DNA of 64,000 nt from Thermoplasmata archaeon (GTDB lineage: Archaea; Thermoplasmatota; Thermoplasmata; Lutacidiplasmatales; UBA184), in contig DATJNY010000029.1 of assembly GCA_035507575.1 (NCBI GenBank), positions 20,067 to 84,066 of the forward strand. Direction: 5' to 3'. Each line of letters opens with the position of its first letter. Within the stretch, counting starts at the first letter, position 1. Below are positions 8,964-18,387 of the stretch, piece after piece. The position numbers and the translations under genes were made by a program. A model generated the notes under the pieces. It made no database searches, was not told the origin of the DNA, and worked only from the letters and a program-made list of their open reading frames with translations.

Positions 8964-10265
8964 TCACAGGTCCCGATACAGGTCGATCCCGTCGCGCACG
9001 AGGGTCGTCATCGACAATCGAGCGGCCTTGCGCGCCTTCTGAAGGAGGCGACGCGCCGGTTCCTTCGGCCGGCCTCCGTCATCGAACATCCCGCGGAACA
9101 GCTCGGCCGCGAACCGCGGGTAGGCCGTGTAGAACCGGGGATTCCACTTCACCCGGTCCATGGAGGCGAAGTCCCGGAAGTCCGCGAGGACGTGCGACGC
9201 TTCGAGACGCTGGTCGTATTCCGCGAGCGACGCCGCATCGTACGCTCCCCGGGCTCGCGCCGCGAGCGCGGTGTCCGCGGCCGCGAGGCCCGAGCGGACC
9301 GCGTAGTTCATGCCCTGGATCGTCAGCCCGTTCGAGAAGACGAATCCCGCCGCGTCGCCGACCACCATCCACCCGTCGCCGTGGAACGCCGCCGGCCGGC
9401 TCGCCCACCCCGAACTGATCAGCTTCGCGCCGTATTCGACCAGCTCGCCGCCCCGCAGCCGCCCCGCGATCGTCGGATGGAGCTTGAACTGCTCGAGGAG
9501 GTCGTGGGCGTAGACGCCCTTTCCGAACAGCGATTGGAGGTTCACGATGAGGCCGAGCGAGAGCGTGTCGCGGTTGGTGTAGAGGAAGCCCCCGCCCATC
9601 ACCCCCGGCGGGAAGAGGCCGGTCACCCACTCTTCCGCATGCCCTTCGCCCGGTCCGACGCCGAACCGATCCTCGATCACCCGGGGGTCGAGCCGGTAGA
9701 CTTCCTTCATCCCGAGCTCGGTCGCGTCCCCCGAGAGATGGGGGTTCGGGCGGATCGGAGTCCCGAGGGAGAGCCGGGAGTTCGCGCCGTCCGCGACGAC
9801 CGTCACGGGCGCGGTCATCGTCTCGCCGCCCTGGACGACCCCATGCACGCGGGTCCCCTCCCAGTTCAGGCGCTCGACGGGAACCGAGCTCACGACCGTG
9901 GCGCCCGCCTCCTCGGCCTTCTTCGCGAGCCACGCGTCCGTGCGGGCTCGAAGGACCGTGTGGGCCACGTACGGCTCGCGTCGCCAGCCCGACTCTTCGA
10001 GGTCGAAGGAGACCGCGCTCTCCGACGTCAGGAACCCGAAGCGCTTCCGGACGAGGTGGCGTTCGACGGGCATCTCCTTCCACCAGTTCGGGAGGACCGC
10101 GTCCAGGTCGTGCCCCCAGAGCACCCCACCCGACAGGTTCTTCGTGCCGGGCTCGGGGCCCCGTTCGAGCAGCAGGACGTTCGCGCCCCGCTGGGCGAGC
10201 CGGATCGCGGTCGCGCTGCCGGCCATGCCCGCGCCGACGACGATGACGTCGAAATCGTCGCCCAT
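8964..10265 (-). CDS. fixC: FixC-like ETF:quinone oxidoreductase (FAD-dependent)
   Basis: It has an N-terminal DVIVVGAGMAGSATAIRLAQRGANVLLLERG Rossmann motif, a FixC-like length (433 aa), and is convergent with etfA. Confidence 0.85.
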   Translation of the reverse strand: MGDDFDVIVVGAGMAGSATAIRLAQRGANVLLLERGPEPGTKNLSGGVLWGHDLDAVLPNWWKEMPVERHLVRKRFGFLTSESAVSFDLEESGWRREPYVAHTVLRARTDAWLAKKAEEAGATVVSSVPVERLNWEGTRVHGVVQGGETMTAPVTVVADGANSRLSLGTPIRPNPHLSGDATELGMKEVYRLDPRVIEDRFGVGPGEGHAEEWVTGLFPPGVMGGGFLYTNRDTLSLGLIVNLQSLFGKGVYAHDLLEQFKLHPTIAGRLRGGELVEYGAKLISSGWASRPAAFHGDGWMVVGDAAGFVFSNGLTIQGMNYAVRSGLAAADTALAARARGAYDAASLAEYDQRLEASHVLADFRDFASMDRVKWNPRFYTAYPRFAAELFRGMFDDGGRPKEPARRLLQKARKAARLSMTTLVRDGIDLYRDL

Positions 10266-10316
10266 CGGGCGCCGGACGCAGGCGGTCCGATTTAACGGTG
10301 CGCGAACGGGCGATCG

Positions 10317-10982
10317 CTACTGCCGGATCCAGCTGCCCTGGCCGGCGTTCGCCATCACGCCCTGGCTCGCGTCCTCGATCATCTTCTGGAATTTGAACGG
10401 CTTGGGAATGCCCTTCCAGTCCTCGTTGCCGAGCCGGGTGCCGCCTTCAGAGCTCACGCGGACCGTCCCGTACCCGAGGATCCGCTGGAACAGGGACTGG
10501 CGCACGTCGACCCCGCGCACCTGCGTAACCGGGATCTCGTGGAAATCCTTGCCGAGGATGCCGGTCTGCACGATCACGCGGTGGGACGTGACGGCGTACA
10601 CGGTCCGGATCCAGCGCAGCGCGCGGACGAGGATCCAGATCAGGCCGACCAGCACGAGGAAGGCGAACAGCCACGTCACCCACTTGGGAAGGTTCACCTC
10701 GGCCGACCCGAGTCGGGACAGCACCGAGTTCCAGGCCCCGAGCTGGAGGCCCCCCCACCCGTAGACGTACGCTGCGGAGAAGAGCGCGAGCAGACCGAAG
10801 ATGAGGACGAAGAGGATCGGCCCGGGGAAGTAGAACAGCTTCGTCGCGCGGGTCTCCTCCAGCAGATACTCCTGGTCGGCGAGATACGTCGCCTTCAACA
10901 GCCGAGGCATCGGACGGGCGCTGGCCATCGACGCCGTCGCGCTACGCGGAATCCCGCCGGGAGCGGCGCCGGAAGCCGTCAT
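10317..10982 (-). CDS. Membrane protein with a bacterial-type PH (bPH_2/YdbT-like) domain
   Basis: Two TM helices are followed by YAVTSHRVIVQTGILGKDFHEIPVTQVRGVDVRQSLFQRILGYGTVRV. I placed the start at ATG 10982 because the maximal ORF would overlap the divergent gene. ATG 10928 is also possible. Confidence 0.65.
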   Translation of the reverse strand: MTASGAAPGGIPRSATASMASARPMPRLLKATYLADQEYLLEETRATKLFYFPGPILFVLIFGLLALFSAAYVYGWGGLQLGAWNSVLSRLGSAEVNLPKWVTWLFAFLVLVGLIWILVRALRWIRTVYAVTSHRVIVQTGILGKDFHEIPVTQVRGVDVRQSLFQRILGYGTVRVSSEGGTRLGNEDWKGIPKPFKFQKMIEDASQGVMANAGQGSWIRQ

Positions 10983-11046
10983 CGGGTCGACGGGAGCGGA
11001 GCGAGGGTGATAAACCCTCGTCTGGAACGGGACCTCGCCTTCGCCG

Positions 11047-11054
11047 CTTATATC
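11047..11054 (+). promoter_or_regulatory. TATA-like element (CTTATATC)
   Basis: It lies about 25-30 nt upstream of the ATG at 11077. Confidence 0.45.
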
Positions 11055-11076
11055 GGCCGGGAGGTCCCGAAGAGCG

Positions 11077-11928
11077 ATGGGCGTCACGGACTGCCACGTC
11101 CACATCAACCCCCTTTGGGAGATGCGGCCCGACGCGGTTCGCCTGCTGACCCACGTGGACGCCGCGGCCGCCCGCTACCTGAAGGATCCGAGAGCGTTCC
11201 TCGAGTACCTCGACGCCTGCGGGGTCGAGCGCGCCGCACTGATCAACTACGTCGCTCCGGAGGTGATCGGCTACACAGAGCGGGCGAACGAGTTCGTCAG
11301 CGAGTACGCCCGCGAGGACCCGGAGCGATTGATCGCCGTCGGAGGGATCCGGCCGGACCACCCCGAACCCGAGCGAGAGATCGCGCGGCTCGAGGAACGG
11401 CTCGGGATCCGCGCGATCAAGCTGCATCCCCCCCACCAGCTGTTCCGCCCGAACGCCTACACCGAGGGGGAGCTCCCGAGCTTGCGGGGGATCTACGCCG
11501 CGTGCGCCGCCCACCACCTGCCCGTGATCTTCCACACCGGGACGTCGGTCTTCCCGCGGGCCCGCAACAAATTCTCCGACCCGATGCTCGTCGAGGATGT
11601 CGCCCTCGATTTCCCGGATCTCACGATCGTGCTTGCGCACGGGGGCCGGCCGATCTGGATGGAGACCGCGTCGTTCCTTGCGCGCCGGTTCCCGAACGTC
11701 TGGCTCGAACTCTCCGGTATCCCGCCGGCTCGGCTTCTGGAGTACTTCCCCCGGCTGCCGCAGCTCGTCGAAAAGACGATCTTCGGCACGGATTGGCCCG
11801 GTCCGGGCGTGAAGGACATTCGCGCGAACTTGGAATCGTTCCGCGCGCTGCCGATCCCGATTGACGCGCAGCGGCGCATCCTCGAAGAGAACCCGCTGCG
11901 GGTTTTCCCTCGAGGAAAGTCCTCCTGA
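11077..11928 (+). CDS. Amidohydrolase-family metal-dependent hydrolase (TIM barrel, COG2159-like)
   Basis: It has an N-terminal DCHVHI metal-binding motif, an internal ...KLHPPHQ...IFHTG... segment, and LAHGGRP. Confidence 0.75.
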   Translation: MGVTDCHVHINPLWEMRPDAVRLLTHVDAAAARYLKDPRAFLEYLDACGVERAALINYVAPEVIGYTERANEFVSEYAREDPERLIAVGGIRPDHPEPEREIARLEERLGIRAIKLHPPHQLFRPNAYTEGELPSLRGIYAACAAHHLPVIFHTGTSVFPRARNKFSDPMLVEDVALDFPDLTIVLAHGGRPIWMETASFLARRFPNVWLELSGIPPARLLEYFPRLPQLVEKTIFGTDWPGPGVKDIRANLESFRALPIPIDAQRRILEENPLRVFPRGKSS

Positions 11929-11977
11929 AATAGTCGGGCTCGCTCGCCTCGCCGTGCCCGAACCCCCGAAGGACCCG

Positions 11978-12382
11978 ATGGCCGAGTCGGCCGCGCCCGC
12001 CCCCGAGGGGGAGGAGCCGACGCCGACCGTCGAGGTGGTCGAAGGCGGCGAGGAGGTCGGTCGCCTTCCTCTCCCGCGGCGCAACCGGGGCGAGGTGTTC
12101 GGGATCGCGAGCCAGCTGCTCGGCGCGGCCCGGATCCGGGTGATGTGCGAGGACTCGATCTCCCGGATGGGGCGGATCACGGGGAAGATGAAGAAGAAAA
12201 TGTGGATCCGGGAAGGGGATCTGCTCGTCGTCCGGCCGTGGGGCTTCCAGGAAGGCAAGGCGGACATCCTCTTCCGCTACAGCCGCACGCAGTCGCAGTA
12301 CCTGGCCCGGAAGAATCTCCTGCCCGCGTCGGTGAACCTGTTCTCGACGGACGTCCCGACGGACGCCCCGCCGCCGGCCTAG
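11978..12382 (+). CDS. eif1a: Translation initiation factor aIF-1A
   Basis: S1-like core: GEVFGIASQLLGAARIRVMCEDSISRMGRITGKMKKKMWIREGDLLVVRPW. I placed the start at ATG 11978 because the upstream part of the ORF overlaps the previous gene. Confidence 0.85.
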   Translation: MAESAAPAPEGEEPTPTVEVVEGGEEVGRLPLPRRNRGEVFGIASQLLGAARIRVMCEDSISRMGRITGKMKKKMWIREGDLLVVRPWGFQEGKADILFRYSRTQSQYLARKNLLPASVNLFSTDVPTDAPPPA

Positions 12383-12389
12383 TCGGACG

Positions 12390-13892
12390 ATGTGGGCCGC
12401 TCCGTTGCGACCGCTCTCCTCCTTGGAGATGGCGGTCGTAGAGGCGAATGCCGTCGCCCTGGGCACCACGGTCGATTTCCTGATGGAGAATGCGGGCCGC
12501 GCTGTGGCCGAGGAAGCGACCGCGCATCTCCCGTCGCCCCCCGCCCGCGTCGCGGTCGTCGCGGGCCACGGCAACAAGGGCGGGGACGGGACGTGCGCGA
12601 CGTACTACCTCCACCAGTGGGGGTATTCGCCCGAGGTGTGGCTCGTCCGGCCCCCCTCGGAGATCGCGACGCGCGCGGCCCGACGATGCTTCGAGCGGAT
12701 CGAGCGCCGCTGCCCCATCCACCTGGGCCCCCCGCGGCCGGAGGAGCTTGCCGGCTTTCCGCTCGTGATCGACGCGCTGCTCGGCACCGGACAGGGAGGG
12801 CGACTCCGGCCCCCGATCCGCGACGCGGTCGTCGCGATCCGCGAGAGCCGGGCGCCGGTGCTCTCGATCGACCTCCCGACCGGGGTCGCCGACCCCGACG
12901 GGCTCCGGCCGAACTGGACCGTGACCCTCACCTCCCCCAAGGAAGAGATGACCGCCGGTACGTCAGGGATCGTGCGCGTGCGCGACATCGGGATCCCGGC
13001 GGACGCCTGGATCCACACCGGTCCGGGTGAGTTCCTGTTCTTCCCGCGCCCCACCGGCCTCGAAGATCGTGGCCGGACCGGGCGCGTCGTGGTGATCGGG
13101 GGCGGCCCGTACGCCGGTGCCCCGGCCCTCGCGGGCCTCGCCGCGCTGCGCTCCGGCGCAGAGCGCGCCACGGTCCTCGCTCCCGAGGGCGCGGCCGAGC
13201 GCATTCAGGGGTTCAGTCCGAATCTCGTCGTCCGGGCGTTCGGCGTCGAGCGATTCCGCCCCACCGACGTCCCCGAGATCCTCGAGTTCGTCCGAACAGC
13301 CCGCCCGCGCGCCGTCGCCCTCGGCATGGGCGCCGGTGCCCACCCCGAGACCGTCGAGGCACTGCGCGAGCTCGAGCGATCGTTGGTCGGCACCGTGCCC
13401 CTGCTCGTCGATGCGGACGGTCTGGCCGCTCTCCCGACGAAGGAGGAGATCGGAGCGCACGGGGAACGGGTGGTGCTGGTCGCCACGCCTAACGGGGGCG
13501 AGTACGAGCGGTACTTCGGAGGGAGCCTCAGCGGGACGCCGGCGGAACGCCGCGAGCGTGCTCGGATCATCGCGAGCGATCGGGGGCTCACGCTGGTCGC
13601 CAAGGGTGAGCCGGACCTTCTCACCGACGGCGTGTCCGCGTTCGAGAACCGCCACCACCACCCCGCGAATACGGTGAGCGGCGTCGGCGACGTGCTGGGC
13701 GGCGTGTTGGCCAGCCTGCTCGCGCAGGGCGTCTACCCGCTCCACGCGGCGCGGCTCGCGACGTGGTGGGTCGGGGACGCCGGTCTGCGTGGCGCCGCGC
13801 GGAAGAGCTTCGGCCTCGTCGCGACCGATGTGATCGAGGAACTCCCCGCGATCCTCACGACCGGGCTCGAGCGCGTCCACGCGCCGACGTAA
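12390..13892 (+). CDS. nnr: Bifunctional NAD(P)H-hydrate repair enzyme (epimerase plus ADP-dependent dehydratase)
   Basis: An N-terminal YjeF_N-like region (GHGNKGGDG...IDALLGTG) and a C-terminal carbohydrate-kinase-like region (VIGGGPYAGAP...SGVGDVLGG) are present. Confidence 0.85.
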   Translation: MWAAPLRPLSSLEMAVVEANAVALGTTVDFLMENAGRAVAEEATAHLPSPPARVAVVAGHGNKGGDGTCATYYLHQWGYSPEVWLVRPPSEIATRAARRCFERIERRCPIHLGPPRPEELAGFPLVIDALLGTGQGGRLRPPIRDAVVAIRESRAPVLSIDLPTGVADPDGLRPNWTVTLTSPKEEMTAGTSGIVRVRDIGIPADAWIHTGPGEFLFFPRPTGLEDRGRTGRVVVIGGGPYAGAPALAGLAALRSGAERATVLAPEGAAERIQGFSPNLVVRAFGVERFRPTDVPEILEFVRTARPRAVALGMGAGAHPETVEALRELERSLVGTVPLLVDADGLAALPTKEEIGAHGERVVLVATPNGGEYERYFGGSLSGTPAERRERARIIASDRGLTLVAKGEPDLLTDGVSAFENRHHHPANTVSGVGDVLGGVLASLLAQGVYPLHAARLATWWVGDAGLRGAARKSFGLVATDVIEELPAILTTGLERVHAPT

Positions 13893-13901
13893 GGGCCGGC
13901 C

Positions 13902-14552
13902 TCAGGCGTACCGCACGCGGCCCTTGATCGCCTTCGCGCGGTTCCGGACGTCCTTCGCCCCGTCCGGATTGCCGGAGGTGTACCCCTCGAGGAACGCCCG
14001 CACGAGCGCGTCGGAGCGGGCGTGGAGGGCCTTCAGGTCCTCCTCCACCAGATGGAGGTCGATGCCGAGCTCTTCCACGCCGGGGCTTCGGGATCCCATC
14101 GACAGATCGAGGAACGCCGGCGGTCCGTCCGGACCGTCCGGGAAGAGCACGTTCGAGCTCGTGAGATCCCCATGGGCGATCCCGCCGGCGTGGAGGCGCC
14201 CGAGCGCCTCGCCGAGGTGGCGTACCGCGCCGGCCAGGCTCTCGGCGGGGACGTCGGGGCGCTCGAGGAGCTCCTTCAAGGTCGGACCGGCGAGGAGCTC
14301 CAGCACGAGGCGGTGGCGCGAGAGGTCGATGTCGTAGACGATCGGCGTGCGCACGCCGAGGCGGCGGGCGTCGACGAGCAGGCGGGCTTCCGTCCTGGTG
14401 CGCTCGCGGCGAAGCCGCTCGTCGAGCGCCTTCGCGCGGTAGCTCTTCGTCTCCCGCTCCTTCAGGAGAGCGGGCAGGCCCATCCACTCCACGCGGCGGA
14501 GCGTGGCCTCCGCGCCCCGGGAGACCTCCGGGCCCTCGACCTCGTCCGACAC
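13902..14552 (-). CDS. bud32: KEOPS kinase/ATPase Bud32 (standalone)
   Basis: It has an RIO/Bud32-like pattern: SRGAEATL...KERETKSYR...ERTRTEARLL...GIAHGDLTSSNVLF. I placed the start at the in-frame GTG at 14552 because the maximal ORF overlaps the upstream SRPBCC gene. A TATA-like element sits about 30 nt upstream. Confidence 0.8.
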   Translation of the reverse strand: MSDEVEGPEVSRGAEATLRRVEWMGLPALLKERETKSYRAKALDERLRRERTRTEARLLVDARRLGVRTPIVYDIDLSRHRLVLELLAGPTLKELLERPDVPAESLAGAVRHLGEALGRLHAGGIAHGDLTSSNVLFPDGPDGPPAFLDLSMGSRSPGVEELGIDLHLVEEDLKALHARSDALVRAFLEGYTSGNPDGAKDVRNRAKAIKGRVRYA

Positions 14553-14596
14553 GGGGGAACTCGCGCCGCCGACCGGTGGCCGGTATAAGACGGTGG

Positions 14597-15067
14597 TCAG
14601 GTCGCGGGCGGCCCGACGCGGAACGCCCGTTCGATCGCCGCCGCATAGTCCTGGAACGACGCGCGTTGCCGGCGCCGCAGCGCGTAGCCCGAGACCGCGA
14701 GCGCGAGACGCCAGGACCAGGTCCGCCCCACGAACTCGAAGTCCGCGATGACCCGACTGCCTCGGCCGTCGGGGAGCACGGTGTACCCGGTCTGCAACGT
14801 GGACACCGTCACCCCCGACGAGATCACGTGTCCGCTCATGTGCCAGGTACGCGGGCCGGTGCGCGTCACCGTGCCGGTCGTCGTGCGCACTCGGCCCCCA
14901 AACTCGGCGGTCGTTGAGAGCCGCGTCCGGTCCGGATCGAGCGGCGTCACCGTCCGGTCGACGAGGCCGTCCGTCAGTCGCACGTCCTCGGACGAGTAGT
15001 CGAGCCACCACCGCACGACGAACTCGGGCGGGGCCCGGACGGGTTGGTCGATCCGGAAACGGACCAT
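14597..15067 (-). CDS. SRPBCC (START/polyketide-cyclase-like) family protein
   Basis: It is 156 aa, and its beta-rich pattern with a C-terminal helix is typical of SRPBCC proteins. GC3 is good. Confidence 0.55.
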   Translation of the reverse strand: MVRFRIDQPVRAPPEFVVRWWLDYSSEDVRLTDGLVDRTVTPLDPDRTRLSTTAEFGGRVRTTTGTVTRTGPRTWHMSGHVISSGVTVSTLQTGYTVLPDGRGSRVIADFEFVGRTWSWRLALAVSGYALRRRQRASFQDYAAAIERAFRVGPPAT

Positions 15068-15115
15068 TGCGGGATCATTCGGGGCCCCTACATGACCCCG
15101 GGCGCCCCCGCCCGG

Positions 15116-16294
15116 TCAAGGCAGGGGGCCGCCGGCGGCCCGGCCGGGGCGCGAGCGGAACCCGATCTCCCCGTACAGCACCTCCATCACGGCGAGCGAG
15201 ACGATCGTGGTCGCGATCGCCATCGTGAACAGTCCCAGGTAGCCGAAGTACGCGATCGCGACCGCGCCGACCAGGGGCCCGACGCTCCACAGGGAGGAGT
15301 TGATCAGGGAGAACATGCCGAGATACTCCGCGCGATGACCGTCCGGCGCCATCCGCGCGACCCAGGCGGGCATCCCGGTCCCGACGAGGGCGAGTCCGGC
15401 GTTCCGCACCGACTGGGCCGGCACGGTCTCGGGCCACGTCGTCGAGACCATGAACAACCCGTACGAACCGAGCGTCAGCAGCGTACCGTACCAGATCCCC
15501 CGGATCTCGCCCCGTCGATCGATCAACCGCCCCAGCGGGAGGGAGACGATCGCCCCGGTGACGAGCCCCGCGACCGCGACGACGCTCACCTCGAGGTTGT
15601 TCGCGCCCAGGCTGGCGGCGAGGTAGCCGTAGAACGCGGCCACCGCCCCCGCCCCGATCGCCCGGATCGACACGGCGAACGAGAAGACGACGATCGGCCG
15701 CATCTCCCGTAGCGGTCGTCGGGTCGGCGTAGGGGGCAACCGGATGTCGGGAACGAGGAAGATCACCACCGAGAGGGTCCCGATCATCACGGCGACGACG
15801 AACGGGAAGAGCGCGACCAGCCCGAACTCGAAGGTGACGACGCCGGCGAGGATCACCCCGACGACCGCCCCCGCATTCGAGGTCGCATTCAGGAGCCCGT
15901 ACCCGGCGCCCCGCTCGTTCGCCCGGGTGACGTCCGCGACGTACGCCGTGTACGCCGGCCCGCCGATCGCGAGCGCGAGCTCCGCGGCGATGAACAACGC
16001 TCCGGCGAGAGCGTAGCCGGGCGCGAACGTCACCGCGAGGAACAGCGGGAACGCGAGCGCCTCGCCGAGCAGGAGGTACGGGCGGCGCCGGCCGGCCCGG
16101 TCCGACAGGCGGCCCACGAGGGGTCCGATCAGGCTCGCCGGGACGTAGGCGAACGTCAGGATCGCGAGGGCGATCGGAAGGGTGGCGCCCTTGAGCTCGA
16201 CGAGGTAGAGCGGCAGGAAGACGATGAACAGGCCGCTGCGGTTGTTCGCGAGCAACGAGTAGAGCGAGAGCGACAGGAGCTCGCGATTGGCCAT
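15116..16294 (-). CDS. MFS transporter
   Basis: There are about 12 hydrophobic segments and a GRLSDRAGRRRP loop motif between TM2 and TM3. Confidence 0.8.
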   Translation of the reverse strand: MANRELLSLSLYSLLANNRSGLFIVFLPLYLVELKGATLPIALAILTFAYVPASLIGPLVGRLSDRAGRRRPYLLLGEALAFPLFLAVTFAPGYALAGALFIAAELALAIGGPAYTAYVADVTRANERGAGYGLLNATSNAGAVVGVILAGVVTFEFGLVALFPFVVAVMIGTLSVVIFLVPDIRLPPTPTRRPLREMRPIVVFSFAVSIRAIGAGAVAAFYGYLAASLGANNLEVSVVAVAGLVTGAIVSLPLGRLIDRRGEIRGIWYGTLLTLGSYGLFMVSTTWPETVPAQSVRNAGLALVGTGMPAWVARMAPDGHRAEYLGMFSLINSSLWSVGPLVGAVAIAYFGYLGLFTMAIATTIVSLAVMEVLYGEIGFRSRPGRAAGGPLP

Positions 16295-16404
16295 CGAGCG
16301 GCGGGGAAGGCCCGCGGCGTATCAGGCTAGGGGACTCGGTCCCGCGGGTGCTGGCGGGCGATGGGTTAAGAGCCCGTTTCGTCCTCGACGCGCCGGTGCG
16401 ATCC

Positions 16405-17190
16405 ATGGCGGAAGAGCTGCAGGTCGGTCGGAAGAGCGAGGAGGACGGCGTCGAGATCCTGGTCCTCAACCATCCGCCCGTGAACGCCCTCGGCACCCGA
16501 TTGCTCGCGGACCTCGACCGTCGCCTCGCCGAGCTCGGTTCCGATCCGAAGGTGCGCGCCGTGGTCGTGACCGGCGAGGGGCAGTACTTCAGTGCCGGGG
16601 CGGATGTCAAGGAGATGGCCACGATGGATCTCGCGGAAGCCCCCGCGGTCGCGCGCCGGGGGCTCGCGGTGTACGCCCGGCTCGCCGCGTTGCGCGCCCC
16701 GGTGATCGCCGCCATCAACGGGCTCGCTCTGGGCGGCGGCCTCGAACTCGCCCTCGCCTGCGACCTTCGGCTCGCCGGTGAGTCCGCGAAGCTCGGCGCT
16801 CCCGAGGTCACCCTCGGTCTCATCCCAGCGTACGGCGGAACGCAACGGCTCCCGCGGCTCGTCGGCGTCGCGAAGGCGAAGGAGCTGATCTTCACGGGCG
16901 GCATGATCTCGGCGGCGGAGGCCCTCAAGATCGGGCTCGTCAACAAGACCGTCCCCGCGGGGCAGGAACTCCGGGCTGCCCGCGATCTCGCGCATACGAT
17001 CGCCCAGCGCGCGCCGAAAGCGGTCCAGGCGGCGAAGCGATCGATCGTCGAGGGGCTGGAACTTCCGCTCGCCCAGGGGATCGAAAACGAGACCCGTCTC
17101 TTCGAGAACGAAGTGATGAGCTCGGAGGATCTCGGAGAAGGCATCGCGGCGTTCGTCGAACGCCGCCCGCCGAAGTTCCAGGGGAAGTAG
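16405..17190 (+). CDS. Enoyl-CoA hydratase (crotonase family)
   Basis: Motifs: VVTGEGQYFSAGADVKEM...AAINGLALGGGLELALACDLR...PEVTLGLIPAYGGTQRL. I placed the start at ATG 16405. Confidence 0.85.
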   Translation: MAEELQVGRKSEEDGVEILVLNHPPVNALGTRLLADLDRRLAELGSDPKVRAVVVTGEGQYFSAGADVKEMATMDLAEAPAVARRGLAVYARLAALRAPVIAAINGLALGGGLELALACDLRLAGESAKLGAPEVTLGLIPAYGGTQRLPRLVGVAKAKELIFTGGMISAAEALKIGLVNKTVPAGQELRAARDLAHTIAQRAPKAVQAAKRSIVEGLELPLAQGIENETRLFENEVMSSEDLGEGIAAFVERRPPKFQGK

Positions 17191-17193
17191 CCG

Positions 17194-18387
17194 ATGGCGA
17201 TCGAATTCTCCTTCACGCCCGACCAGGAGGCGTTCCGGTCGGCGGTCCGCGCCTTCCTGCAGAAGGAGGTCGCCCCGATCGTCGTGGAGATGGACGAGAA
17301 GGAGGAGTTCCCCCAGGCCTCCGTCCGCAAGATGCAGACGGAAGGGTACTTCGGCGTGCCGATCCCCGAGGAGTACGGGGGTCTCGGGCTCGGCAAGGTC
17401 GGGTACTGCATCTTCCTCGAGGAACTGGGGAAGGTCGATGCCTCCCACGGCGTCATCGTGGGGGCCCACACGTCGCTCGGAACCACCCCGCTCCTGTACT
17501 ACGGCACGGAGGAGCAGAAACGTCGGTGGCTCGTGCCGGCGGCGAAGGGCGACGCGCTGCTCGCGTTCAGCCTGACCGAGCCGGGTTCGGGATCGGACTC
17601 GGGCGCCGTCCATACCGTGGCGGAGCGTTCGGGCGACAACTGGGTCCTCACCGGCAACAAGATCTACGTCTCGAACGGCCGCGAGGCCGATACGGTCATC
17701 GTGATGGCCGGCAACGATGTCAAGCTCGGTCCGAACGGCGGGGTCACCGCGTTCCTCGTCGACACGAAGCTCCCGGGGTTCCGGGTCGGCCGCTGCGAGA
17801 AGAAGATGGGTCTCCACGGCACGTCGACGGCGGAGCTCATCCTCGATCACGTCACGCTCGGCCCCGAGTGCGTGCTCGGGGAGGTGGGGAAGGGGTTCCA
17901 TGTCGCGATGACCGCCCTCGACGTGGGCCGGGTCTCGCTCGGCGCCGCGAGCTTGGGCGGGATCGAGGCGGCGACGCACGAAGCGCTCGAATTCGCGAAG
18001 AATCGGACCCAGTTCGGGCTGCCGATCAGCGAGTACGAGGTCATCCAGTTCAAGCTCGCCGACATGGCGATGCGCGCCCACGCCCTCCGCCTGATGGTCT
18101 ATCAGGCCGCCGAGCACCAGGACCGGCTCGGGACGGACCCGAAGACGTGGAGCCGGCTCGAGCGCGCGGAGAAGACCCGGGAAGCGGCGATCGTGAAGTG
18201 CCTCGCCTCGGAGTGGGCGTCCGACGTCATCGACGAGGCCCTGCAGATCCACGGCGGGATCGGCTACATCCGCGGGACGCCGATCGAGCGCGCGTACCGG
18301 GATGCCCGCATCAGCGAGATCTTCGAGGGCACGAACGAGATTCAGCGGCTCGTGATCTCGCGCGACCTCATCGCGCGGGGCCTGTAG
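17194..18387 (+). CDS. Acyl-CoA dehydrogenase
   Basis: Full-length ACAD with SLTEPGSGSDSGA, ...QIHGGIGY and ...RDARISEIFEGTNEIQ. Confidence 0.9.
   Translation: MAIEFSFTPDQEAFRSAVRAFLQKEVAPIVVEMDEKEEFPQASVRKMQTEGYFGVPIPEEYGGLGLGKVGYCIFLEELGKVDASHGVIVGAHTSLGTTPLLYYGTEEQKRRWLVPAAKGDALLAFSLTEPGSGSDSGAVHTVAERSGDNWVLTGNKIYVSNGREADTVIVMAGNDVKLGPNGGVTAFLVDTKLPGFRVGRCEKKMGLHGTSTAELILDHVTLGPECVLGEVGKGFHVAMTALDVGRVSLGAASLGGIEAATHEALEFAKNRTQFGLPISEYEVIQFKLADMAMRAHALRLMVYQAAEHQDRLGTDPKTWSRLERAEKTREAAIVKCLASEWASDVIDEALQIHGGIGYIRGTPIERAYRDARISEIFEGTNEIQRLVISRDLIARGL

Noticed and set aside
11912-11922. An exact GAGGAAAGTCC match to the universally conserved RNase P RNA CR-I/P4 motif.
   Set aside because: It lies in the last codons of the amidohydrolase gene and is followed within 60 nt by the aIF-1A CDS. 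There is no room for a roughly 300-nt RNase P RNA and no matching CR-V partner nearby, so it is a coincidence.
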